Shown piece by piece: positions 10,079 to 17,383 of a stretch of DNA of 64,000 nt (the first letter of the stretch is position 1; every line of letters begins with the position of its first letter). This stretch comes from a virus, in the IMG/VR virus record IMGVR_UViG_3300017774_006254, positions 64,001 to 128,000 of that record. One strand, 5' to 3'. The translations under genes were made by a program, and so were the position numbers. Below the pieces are notes generated by a model. It was not told the DNA's origin. It saw nothing but the letters and a program-made list of their open reading frames with translations, and searched no databases.

Positions 10079-10706
10079 AATGCCTCCCATCTACACGTTC
10101 ATCGGAACCAAGTTTCGCTTTCTCGACGCGGACCCGAAGGACGTCTCGCTCATCGACATCGCCCAGTCGCTTGCCATGACGTGCCGCTACAACGGCCACA
10201 GCCTCCGCCACACGTCAACGGCAGCTCATTCCGTCCGCGTTGCAGAGCGAGCGCTCCAGGAAACCGGGGTACCCGGTATCGCCTGGCTCGCGCTCATGCA
10301 CGACGCTCCCGAGGCGTACGTCGGAGACATTCCCACGCCACTCAAGCACGCGATGCGCATCGTGTGTGGGGAAAAGAAGAGCCCATTCGACACCATCGAA
10401 GACGCGGTCACCGCTGTCGTCGCGCAGGCGCTTGGACTCGACGAAAAGATCACCGGAAGATACTCGCTCAGGGAAGCCTGGGCCATTGTCAACGGTCTCG
10501 ACTACGAAGACTTCATCGCCGAAGCCAGTGTTGAGTGTCGTCAGCCAAAACGCCTGGTCCCTGAAAAAGCGATCTACCCCACCGGCCACACCGCCAAGCA
10601 AGCGCGAGCGCTGTGGCTACGTACGGCTGCCAAGTACGCCCCCACGACCGAGTTGCTTGTTCGCGTCCGAAGTGCCCAAGCGTACTTCCGAGGAGCGCAT
10701 CAATGA
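10062..10706 (+). CDS. HD-domain 5'-deoxynucleotidase-like hydrolase (YfbR/YfdR-like)
   Basis: DIAQSLAMTCRYNGH, STAAHS, LMHDAPEAYVGDIPTPLK. Confidence 0.85.
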   Translation: MTKIPEMPPIYTFIGTKFRFLDADPKDVSLIDIAQSLAMTCRYNGHSLRHTSTAAHSVRVAERALQETGVPGIAWLALMHDAPEAYVGDIPTPLKHAMRIVCGEKKSPFDTIEDAVTAVVAQALGLDEKITGRYSLREAWAIVNGLDYEDFIAEASVECRQPKRLVPEKAIYPTGHTAKQARALWLRTAAKYAPTTELLVRVRSAQAYFRGAHQ

Positions 10707-12487
10707 CCTTCCGTGTCTACAGGTACGGCTTGCAACCGCCCATCGAGAACGCGGAACTTGTTCGAAGCCAATTTGTCCTGGCTCACAAGTACCAGAACAA
10801 GCTCATCGAGATCGAAATTCAGCAGCGCGCAGAGGTGCGTGCTCTGTCTGCCAGGCACGGCGTCATCCCTGAGCTTGAAGCCAATGCCAAGGCTGCCGTC
10901 GACAGCGTCGACAAGCTCTTGGCAGAAATCAGGGTCCTGAAGTCGGCATCGAGAACGCGGGTCGTGCCGCAGGAACTCAAAGACCAGCTCGCCGCCGCGA
11001 AGGTAATCAAGAAGGAGACGCGAAATGCTCTCCAGGCGGCGCGCTACGAGACGCGCTCCGACACCGCGATCGCAGCCATCAGCAAGGAGATTCAGGAGAA
11101 GTACCTCGCAGCGCGCAAAGCAGCTCGTGCCGCTAACGGTCTCTACTGGGGCTCCTATCTGCTGGTCGAAGACGCAGACGACGCGCGGCGCAAGATGCCG
11201 TTCTACAAGGGCATCGAGCCGAATGACCCCCGCTTCGTGCGCTGGTCGGGTGAAGGTGCTGTCGGAGTGCAGATGCAGAAGGGGCTCCCGGTGGAAAGTA
11301 TCTCCACATCAAGGCACATTCGCATCGACCCCCGTCAGGCTCCTCCAGGAGTTGACCCTGCAAGCAAACGCTCCGCGAAGCGCTCGTACTGCACGCTCCG
11401 AATGCGCGTCGAAACGAATGATGACGCCACCAAGACACCGGTGTGGGCAGCTTGGCCTATGGTGTTCCACCGGCCCCTGCCAGAAGGCGGCGTGATCAAG
11501 CGAGCAGCCGTGCACATGAGGAAGATCGGCCCGCGAGAAGAGTGGTACGTGCTGTTCTCGGTCGATTTCAGCGGGGCTCCCGCGACTCCAGCTACAACAG
11601 AGCGAGTAGCCGTTGACATCGGATGGCGAGTGACTGAGGACGAAGGCATCTGCGTCGCCACTTGCGTCTCAGACAGCGGAGAGATCACGCGACTCGTCTT
11701 GGACAAGAAACTGCTGTCTCAGGCGAAAAAAGCGGAAGAGCTTCAGTCCATCCGAAAGAGGAACTTCAACGAAGCCATCGTAGCGCTCGTGAGCCAAGTT
11801 CACCTGGCAACCAATCCACCGGACGGGAGCGCGCCCACGATGCTGCTGCCAGAGTGGTTCCCTACGAACCTGATGCAGTGGAAGTCGGAGCAACGCTTTG
11901 CGGGCCTGGTGCACCAATGGGCGACCAATCGTTTTGAAGGCGACGAAGAGATCTTCACCGCCGCAGAAGCATGGCGCATCCACGACCGACACCTGTGGGA
12001 CTGGGAATGCAACCAGAGGTCAAAGGCTCTCCGTCACCGACGAGAGGTGTATCGAATCTTCGCGGCTCGACTTTCAAACAAGTACGCGCAGATCGTCCTC
12101 GAAGACTTCGACCTCCGGAAGGTGGCTCAAGTCCCAAGCGTTGAGAATCAAGTCGGCGACAACGAGCAGGCTCGGGCGAACCGACACTCGGTCAGCGTGA
12201 GCGAGCTGCGGCTCTGCCTGGTCAACAAGTTTGTAGACCGTGTATCCATCGTGCCCGCCGAGTTCACAACCAAGAGGTGTGCTCACTGTGGCCATCTGAA
12301 CACCTGGGACCAGGCGAAGTACGTCAGCCACACGTGCGCCAGCTGCGGTACCACTTGGAACCAAGACGAGAATGCGGCGCGCAACATGCTCGCTTACGAG
12401 AGCCCGCCTGTTGAAGCCAAAGCCCCATCCAAGGGTCGATGGATCAAAGCTAAGGAGGCGAAGAGGGAGCGAGAGGCGGCCGAGTAA
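10703..12487 (+). CDS. cas12m: Cas12m-like (type V-M/V-U1) RNA-guided effector, TnpB/Cas12 RuvC family, 594 aa
   Basis: N-terminal VYRYGL, long coiled-coil REC insertion, GLYWGSY, GAVGVQMQ, RuvC-I VAVDIGWR (D305), QWKSEQRF, RuvC-II VLEDF (E467), CxxC..CxxC zinc finger, RuvC-III QDENAARN (D555); AGGAG RBS and ATGA overlap. Confidence 0.8.
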   Translation: MTFRVYRYGLQPPIENAELVRSQFVLAHKYQNKLIEIEIQQRAEVRALSARHGVIPELEANAKAAVDSVDKLLAEIRVLKSASRTRVVPQELKDQLAAAKVIKKETRNALQAARYETRSDTAIAAISKEIQEKYLAARKAARAANGLYWGSYLLVEDADDARRKMPFYKGIEPNDPRFVRWSGEGAVGVQMQKGLPVESISTSRHIRIDPRQAPPGVDPASKRSAKRSYCTLRMRVETNDDATKTPVWAAWPMVFHRPLPEGGVIKRAAVHMRKIGPREEWYVLFSVDFSGAPATPATTERVAVDIGWRVTEDEGICVATCVSDSGEITRLVLDKKLLSQAKKAEELQSIRKRNFNEAIVALVSQVHLATNPPDGSAPTMLLPEWFPTNLMQWKSEQRFAGLVHQWATNRFEGDEEIFTAAEAWRIHDRHLWDWECNQRSKALRHRREVYRIFAARLSNKYAQIVLEDFDLRKVAQVPSVENQVGDNEQARANRHSVSVSELRLCLVNKFVDRVSIVPAEFTTKRCAHCGHLNTWDQAKYVSHTCASCGTTWNQDENAARNMLAYESPPVEAKAPSKGRWIKAKEAKREREAAE

Positions 12488-12663
12488 TGGGCGCACGTGC
12501 ACGAGCATGGGGGACGTCTCCTGCCTGGTGGTAGTGCGGCAAGTGCAATCGCGAGCGCGATCACAAGAACTTCGCCAAAGCAGGACAGCCAGTTCCCACC
12601 GGCCGTATCAAAGGAAAAGTCACGAGTCCGCACGTGCAGTACAGTCGTGACCATCCGACGTGA
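12487..12663 (+). pseudogene. interrupted paralogue of the Zn-ribbon gene at 61908-62171
   Basis: reads SPAWW*CGKCNR...AGQPVPTGRIKGK versus SPPCWKCGKCNR...HGKPTPTGRIEKK; in-frame TAG at 12532, early TGA at 12661. Confidence 0.6.
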
Positions 12664-12775
12664 TCGCAGCACTTACACACTTCTGCGCGCACCTTTCATT
12701 CGTTCGGATGTTCCCCGACGAAGCAGTCAAGTCAGGTCTGTTTTCCGAAATGCAACTAGATCGCTGGAGAAAACG

Positions 12776-13021
12776 ATGAACACAACAAGACCATACGTGG
12801 TGAAGTCCGGAGACACACTGTCTCGAATTGCCACGGACCATGGCTTGTCTTGGCGTGCTCTCTACGACTCACAAGAGAACGCCGACTTTCGAGCGAAACG
12901 TCCGGACCCTCAGAAAATCTTCGTTGGCGACGTCATCAACATTCCAGAGAAGAATGTAGCTCTCCGCAGGCTCGGGACGGTTGCCGAGCTGGACCCGTTG
13001 TGGTCGCCGATCAAGGTCTAA
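12776..13021 (+). CDS. LysM-domain protein (81 aa)
   Basis: YVVKSGDTLSRIA...NADFRAKRPDPQKIFVGDVINIP; GGAG RBS. Confidence 0.85.
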   Translation: MNTTRPYVVKSGDTLSRIATDHGLSWRALYDSQENADFRAKRPDPQKIFVGDVINIPEKNVALRRLGTVAELDPLWSPIKV

Positions 13022-13035
13022 CCGCAGTACACGAA

Positions 13036-13310
13036 CTCGACGCGTCGAGGCATTGGTTGGTGGACAAGTGGCGCTCGCGTCCGAGGCGAGACAGATCCAA
13101 ACCGCTTGGAGTATCCAAGACCCGAGGACAAGCTTTGAAGGCCGCTCGGCGCCCAGCCGAGACCGTAACGGAGTTTCGGCGACAAAGACGAGACGAGATC
13201 ACCGTCCGCAAAAGCAGCTCGACGCTCCAAGTCGAGACCTGGATGCTCGCTGTGCAAGCGCAATGGCATCTCGGCGCCCAGCCGAGACGAAAGGATCGCA
13301 CACGAATGCG
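13036..13310 (+). CRISPR. degenerate structure-conserved CRISPR-like mini-array (6-7 hairpin+AC units)
   Basis: hairpins ending (G/A)AGAC at 13092, 13121, 13163, 13194, 13238, 13288; CTCGGCGCCCAGCCGAGAC identical at 13145-13163 and 13270-13288; intergenic, about 550 bp downstream of the cas12m-like gene. Confidence 0.65.
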
Positions 13311-13339
13311 CCTTGACTGGCCAACTGTTACACTTGGCC

Positions 13340-14152
13340 ATGTCTTCACGTCAGCGCAAAACCAGCCGAAATCCCGAGTCCAAAAATCGTCGCGTAACGA
13401 TTAGACCAGGGCTAATCTCTGGGCCTGGATTCAAAGCCACCGCCTACAAGGGATCCGATCCCACCTTCAAAGGTCGTATCGCAGTTCTGCGTGGCTCCGG
13501 GATGACTGAGTTCCCCAACGTGCAGCAGCTCACTCGCATTCTGCGCGAGGAGGGCATTTCACCTTCCGCCGCTGAGCAGGCCTTTGGCTCGAAGAAGATG
13601 AAGAAGAACGGCGGCGCGGGGAAGACCGTTCGCCATGGCTACCTCAAGATCGGCGGCATGGAAGCAGCCGAGTACAAGGGTCCCGAGAAGAAGCTTACTG
13701 GCAAGATTCACATCTCGGCCCCCGGCATCAGCGCTTACAAGACCGTGAGCGAATTCCAGCAGATCGCCCAAAAAATCGGCATCGACATGGAGGACCTTGT
13801 CGCGGCGTTCGGGCACATGTTCGAACTCGAAAAGCCAGAGAAGATCGACGCCAAACTCACGTACGGACCGAAGCGCATGAAGCTTGGCCACGTTGGGCCT
13901 CGCGGCGTGAGCTTGGGGACGAAGCAGGGAAGCCTAGTCTTGCTCGATAGCCAGAGCGGTCAGATTGTCTGGGGCGTCATGGAGGAGTCCAAGGCAATTC
14001 GCAACATGGCGACGAACCGTGAAGTCTCCGTCGCAAGCGTGTTTACCAAAGCGAAGTCACTGAGGATTCCAGCACAAGCAGTCTACGACGCATTCGGGCA
14101 CATGCTGAGTGCCGAGGAGCGTCGAAAGCTTGTTACTTCATTCCATCGCTGA
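13340..14152 (+). CDS. basic protein with three internal domain repeats
   Basis: repeats end ISPSAAEQAFG, IDMEDLVAAFG, IPAQAVYDAFG; TGnTACACT 5 nt before ATG. Confidence 0.65.
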   Translation: MSSRQRKTSRNPESKNRRVTIRPGLISGPGFKATAYKGSDPTFKGRIAVLRGSGMTEFPNVQQLTRILREEGISPSAAEQAFGSKKMKKNGGAGKTVRHGYLKIGGMEAAEYKGPEKKLTGKIHISAPGISAYKTVSEFQQIAQKIGIDMEDLVAAFGHMFELEKPEKIDAKLTYGPKRMKLGHVGPRGVSLGTKQGSLVLLDSQSGQIVWGVMEESKAIRNMATNREVSVASVFTKAKSLRIPAQAVYDAFGHMLSAEERRKLVTSFHR

Positions 14153-14168
14153 CGTCTGTCGAAAGTAG

Positions 14169-14197
14169 TTGACGGCGAGATCCGCGAGAACTACTTT
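14169..14197 (+). promoter_or_regulatory. sigma70-like promoter, likely leaderless transcript
   Basis: TTGACG, 17 bp, TACTTT, then ATG 14204 6 nt later with no SD. Confidence 0.65.
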
Positions 14198-14203
14198 CGA
14201 CAG

Positions 14204-14545
14204 ATGACTCTGAAATCCCGGCTCAGTGCCCTAGCTGAAAAGTGCGCTGAGTCCATGCATCGGGCTGCCTGGGAAGCTCTGACTCGAACGACGGCTTTCC
14301 GTCAGAAGTTCGACGCGGTAGCCGACTCTCTGTCTCAGATCGAGATTGCGATTTCGAACGTGGAGGAAGGCGTTCTGAATCAGTTTCCGGCGAACGAACA
14401 CCGTGCCGATCTGTTGGAAGCTCTCGCGCTAATTCGCAAGACGCTGAACCTCACAAGGGAGGCCGTTGCTGGTGTTTCCGGTGAGTCGAAAGTTGTTGAC
14501 ACAGAGAGTGCTCCAACCTACAAGGTTTCGAATGAGCCTCAGTAA
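14204..14545 (+). CDS. hypothetical helical protein
   Basis: ORF directly after promoter. Confidence 0.6.
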   Translation: MTLKSRLSALAEKCAESMHRAAWEALTRTTAFRQKFDAVADSLSQIEIAISNVEEGVLNQFPANEHRADLLEALALIRKTLNLTREAVAGVSGESKVVDTESAPTYKVSNEPQ

Positions 14546-14744
14546 AAAGTTCATCGAATCCGGGCTGTTGAGCACTGGCGCCGTCGCAAAGAGGTGCGGT
14601 GTCGACCGGAGTACACCGTTCGTTTGGATCAAGTCCAAGATGCTCAAATCAACGAAAGTTGATGGCTACATTGGGGTCAAAGAGAGTGACCTCAAGAAGT
14701 TCCTTTCGATCTACAACGTGAACGGAGAAAAGAAGAATGAGTGA
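14532..14744 (+). CDS. excisionase/MerR-like HTH DNA-binding protein
   Basis: LLSTGAVAKRCGVDRSTPFVWIKSKML winged HTH pattern. Confidence 0.75.
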   Translation: MSLSKKFIESGLLSTGAVAKRCGVDRSTPFVWIKSKMLKSTKVDGYIGVKESDLKKFLSIYNVNGEKKNE

Positions 14745-15990
14745 TTCCGAATTGGTGACTACAACGCCGCTTACGGCGGCTGAGCTTGAGTCGTATGGCG
14801 TCATCATGCCTCTCGCGAGTGCTGCGCAATTGCGTCGAGTCCACGCTGAGAAGCAGGCAATGTACGCGGCGATCCTCGACGAGAACGACTACATCTACGT
14901 GGTCGCGTTTCAGGAGGGAGGCAAGGCAAAGCAGAGCGTCTATGCTCTCAAAGAGCACGCTGAGAAGGCCGCCGACGCATACAAAGTGAAGGTCATGGCG
15001 AGCCCGAAGAAGAGTGGCATCACGAAGCTCGCTGCCGCTCTTGGCATCGAGTGCAGGCGCATTGACGGCGGCGGAGTGCCAAAGGAGCCAGGAGCAAATC
15101 ACTCCTGGGTTCTTTACGAGGCCAAACACGCGAAGACGGGGCGAACTGCCGAGGGCATCGGATGGTGCGACAAGTCCGAGCAGGGCGGGAAGATTGCCAC
15201 GCACGCGATGCTCGGGACGGCGGACACGCGCGGATTCAACCGTGCGGTCTTGCGCCTCTCAGGGTTCGGAAACGTGTCAGCTGAAGAGGTTCTTGGAGGC
15301 GAGGACACCATGGTGCAGTTCTCCGACCCAATCGCAACTTCACAGCAGAAGGCTGCCGCTCTCCCCGCGCCTTCCGATGAAAGTGTCATCATGGCGATGA
15401 GGGGTTGGGCGGAAGAACTCGCTCGGCGCCCTGAAGGGCTTCAGCCAGCCGCACAGCAGTCCACAAGGGCTGCGAGAGAGATGAGGGCCAAGGCAGCCCG
15501 TGGGGCTTACACGGAGGCCCGTGTGATGGGTTCGATGGGATTTGCGTGGGACGGCCCAGCTCAGGACTCACCAGCTCACGAGCTGTTCAACGTTGAACCG
15601 CCCACCATCACCGTCGACGATGTCACGCGCTCCGCCAAGCTCATCGCTGCCACGGAGACCAAGCCTGTGGGCTGGGATCTGAGCGGGATGTCCAACGCTC
15701 ACGAAGAGAACCGCACGGAAGAGAAGCCGATCACGCGCGAACAAGGCGCCGCTGGCGTTCCTGCCGCGAGCGTTCCGCTTGCTGCCACTCATGGCGCGGG
15801 CTCCGACACCATCAGCCAAGCTCAGCAGAAGATCCTGAGCGCCGCATTGCTCGGGCGACTCGGAACACGAGAAGCGTGTCAGGCGTGGCTGATGACACAT
15901 GCAAACGTCGAACGAAGCGCTTTCGTTCGTCAAAACCAGTACGACGCTCTGCTGAAGTTGCTGGAAGAAGGAGACAAGAAGAATGCCTGA
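14737..15990 (+). CDS. putative single-strand annealing (Rad52/Sak-like) recombination protein
   Basis: KKSGITKLA and ADTRGFNRAVLRLSGFGNVSAEE motifs; next to an SSB-like gene. Confidence 0.45.
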   Translation: MSDSELVTTTPLTAAELESYGVIMPLASAAQLRRVHAEKQAMYAAILDENDYIYVVAFQEGGKAKQSVYALKEHAEKAADAYKVKVMASPKKSGITKLAAALGIECRRIDGGGVPKEPGANHSWVLYEAKHAKTGRTAEGIGWCDKSEQGGKIATHAMLGTADTRGFNRAVLRLSGFGNVSAEEVLGGEDTMVQFSDPIATSQQKAAALPAPSDESVIMAMRGWAEELARRPEGLQPAAQQSTRAAREMRAKAARGAYTEARVMGSMGFAWDGPAQDSPAHELFNVEPPTITVDDVTRSAKLIAATETKPVGWDLSGMSNAHEENRTEEKPITREQGAAGVPAASVPLAATHGAGSDTISQAQQKILSAALLGRLGTREACQAWLMTHANVERSAFVRQNQYDALLKLLEEGDKKNA

Positions 15991-16471
15991 AGTGAAAATT
16001 GGTTACGCGAAGATCACCGAGCCCGAAGCGGCCAAGAAGCCGCCGAAGAAGCCGCCCGTCGCCATCGGCACGTACAAGGCCGTGATCGCGGGCGCGCCCC
16101 TGGGCGTGACGAAGGGAACGCCACTCCAGAAGCTGGCTGTCGAGTTTCAGATCATCTGCGCAGCAGAGACCGGAGACATGGCAGAGACCGGTCGTCGCGT
16201 GTACCAGGACTACGTGCTTGAGCCCGACCCGGCAAAGCCCGACTGGGATGACCAGCGGCGCTTCGAGCTGCGCAGCCTGCTTGATGCCTCTGGCATCAAA
16301 TACTCCGAAGGGGCGTTCAACAACGATCATCTCGTCGGATGCACGGTGCTCATCTCGGTTATCCATCGCCTCGGAAAAGAGGTCGACCAGGACACTGGCA
16401 CGTTCCCCAAGTTCGCCAACATCTCCAAAGTCGACACCGCGGAGCCGATCAATCCAGACGAACTGGTCTGA
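15983..16471 (+). CDS. DUF669-like ssDNA-binding protein
   Basis: GTYKAVI...LAVEFQI...LVGCTVLISV, acidic C-terminus; context in replication module. Confidence 0.55.
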   Translation: MPEVKIGYAKITEPEAAKKPPKKPPVAIGTYKAVIAGAPLGVTKGTPLQKLAVEFQIICAAETGDMAETGRRVYQDYVLEPDPAKPDWDDQRRFELRSLLDASGIKYSEGAFNNDHLVGCTVLISVIHRLGKEVDQDTGTFPKFANISKVDTAEPINPDELV

Positions 16472-16490
16472 CCTGTTCCTCGGCAGCAAG

Positions 16491-16528
16491 ACGGCCCGTG
16501 ACTCATCATCATCGGGCCGTTTTCTTTT
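16491..16528 (+). terminator. putative intrinsic terminator
   Basis: ACGGCCCG/CGGGCCGT stem followed by TTTCTTTT. Confidence 0.5.
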
Positions 16529-16537
16529 GGAGTGTGT

Positions 16538-17383
16538 ATGAGCCCAGTCTTCTTGATCGACATCTCCTCGTACCTGCATCGCGCAATGCACGTGATTCAC
16601 GGAAAGCTTGCCTCTGAAGCCGATCCGTCAGACATCTCGTTCACCGTTCACGCAGCGAACATGCTCGCCAACACCATGTTTCGACTTCACATCGAAAGAA
16701 TGGCCGTGGTGTTCGACTCGACCGAGCCATCAGCTCGGTGCCAAGTCTACCCGCAGTACAAAGCCGACAGGAAGCCTCACACTCCTGTGTTCGCGGCCCA
16801 GATGCCTCGGTTCATGGCAGCCCTGGCTGACGTCGGAGTAAGCGTCTTCGAAGAACCTACCTTCGAAGCCGACGATATCATCGCGACTCTGGTAGGAGAT
16901 GAAAGAGTTCCGTACTCGATCGTGTCACACGACAAAGACCTGCTTGCTCTTGTCGACGATGCGTCAGAGGTGGCCGTCTACAACCCAACATCTGACAAGT
17001 GGCACCGCATGGATGACATCTTCTCCAAACTGGGAGTGTTTCCATGGCAGTTGCATGACTACATGGGACTAGTCGGAGACACGTCAGATGGAATCCCAGG
17101 CGTTCCTGGGATTGGAGCCAAGACCGCTTCAGCTCTCGTGGTGAAGTACGAAACGCTAGAACGTATCTACAGCGCGGAATGTCGCGAGCTTGTAGAAGAT
17201 GATCTGTCCAAGAAGCAGTTCTCTTCGCTTATTGAGAGCGAGGAAGTGGCTTTCTTGTCCAGGAGTCTAGCCAAGCCAATCATCTGCCCCGAGTTGATTA
17301 TGGTTGGGCATGGGCCCCTCTCTGCGCCGAGTCCCGACAGGATACGAACGGCCGTACAAGACTACGAGAGGAGGAATCGCTGA
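16538..17383 (+). CDS. 5'-3' exonuclease / flap endonuclease (Pol I N-terminal-like)
   Basis: LIDISSYLHRA, YKADR, FEADDIIATL, DKDLL, GDTSDGIPGVPGIGAKTA (H3TH). Confidence 0.92.
   Translation: MSPVFLIDISSYLHRAMHVIHGKLASEADPSDISFTVHAANMLANTMFRLHIERMAVVFDSTEPSARCQVYPQYKADRKPHTPVFAAQMPRFMAALADVGVSVFEEPTFEADDIIATLVGDERVPYSIVSHDKDLLALVDDASEVAVYNPTSDKWHRMDDIFSKLGVFPWQLHDYMGLVGDTSDGIPGVPGIGAKTASALVVKYETLERIYSAECRELVEDDLSKKQFSSLIESEEVAFLSRSLAKPIICPELIMVGHGPLSAPSPDRIRTAVQDYERRNR

Noticed and set aside
10062-10706. DatZ / Z-genome (2-aminoadenine) pathway
   Set aside because: No PurZ or MazZ in the window; the HD protein fits a generic YfbR/YfdR-like nucleotidase
10703-12487. IS200/IS605 or IS607 transposon (plain TnpB)
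   Set aside because: No TnpA or element ends seen; gene is coupled within an operon, is longer than typical TnpB and carries Cas12m-type motifs
12532-12534. Genome-wide TAG recoding suggested by the in-frame TAG
   Set aside because: Other genes end normally at TAG (e.g. 1165, 33411, 49311) and long ORFs are not fragmented; no suppressor tRNA seen
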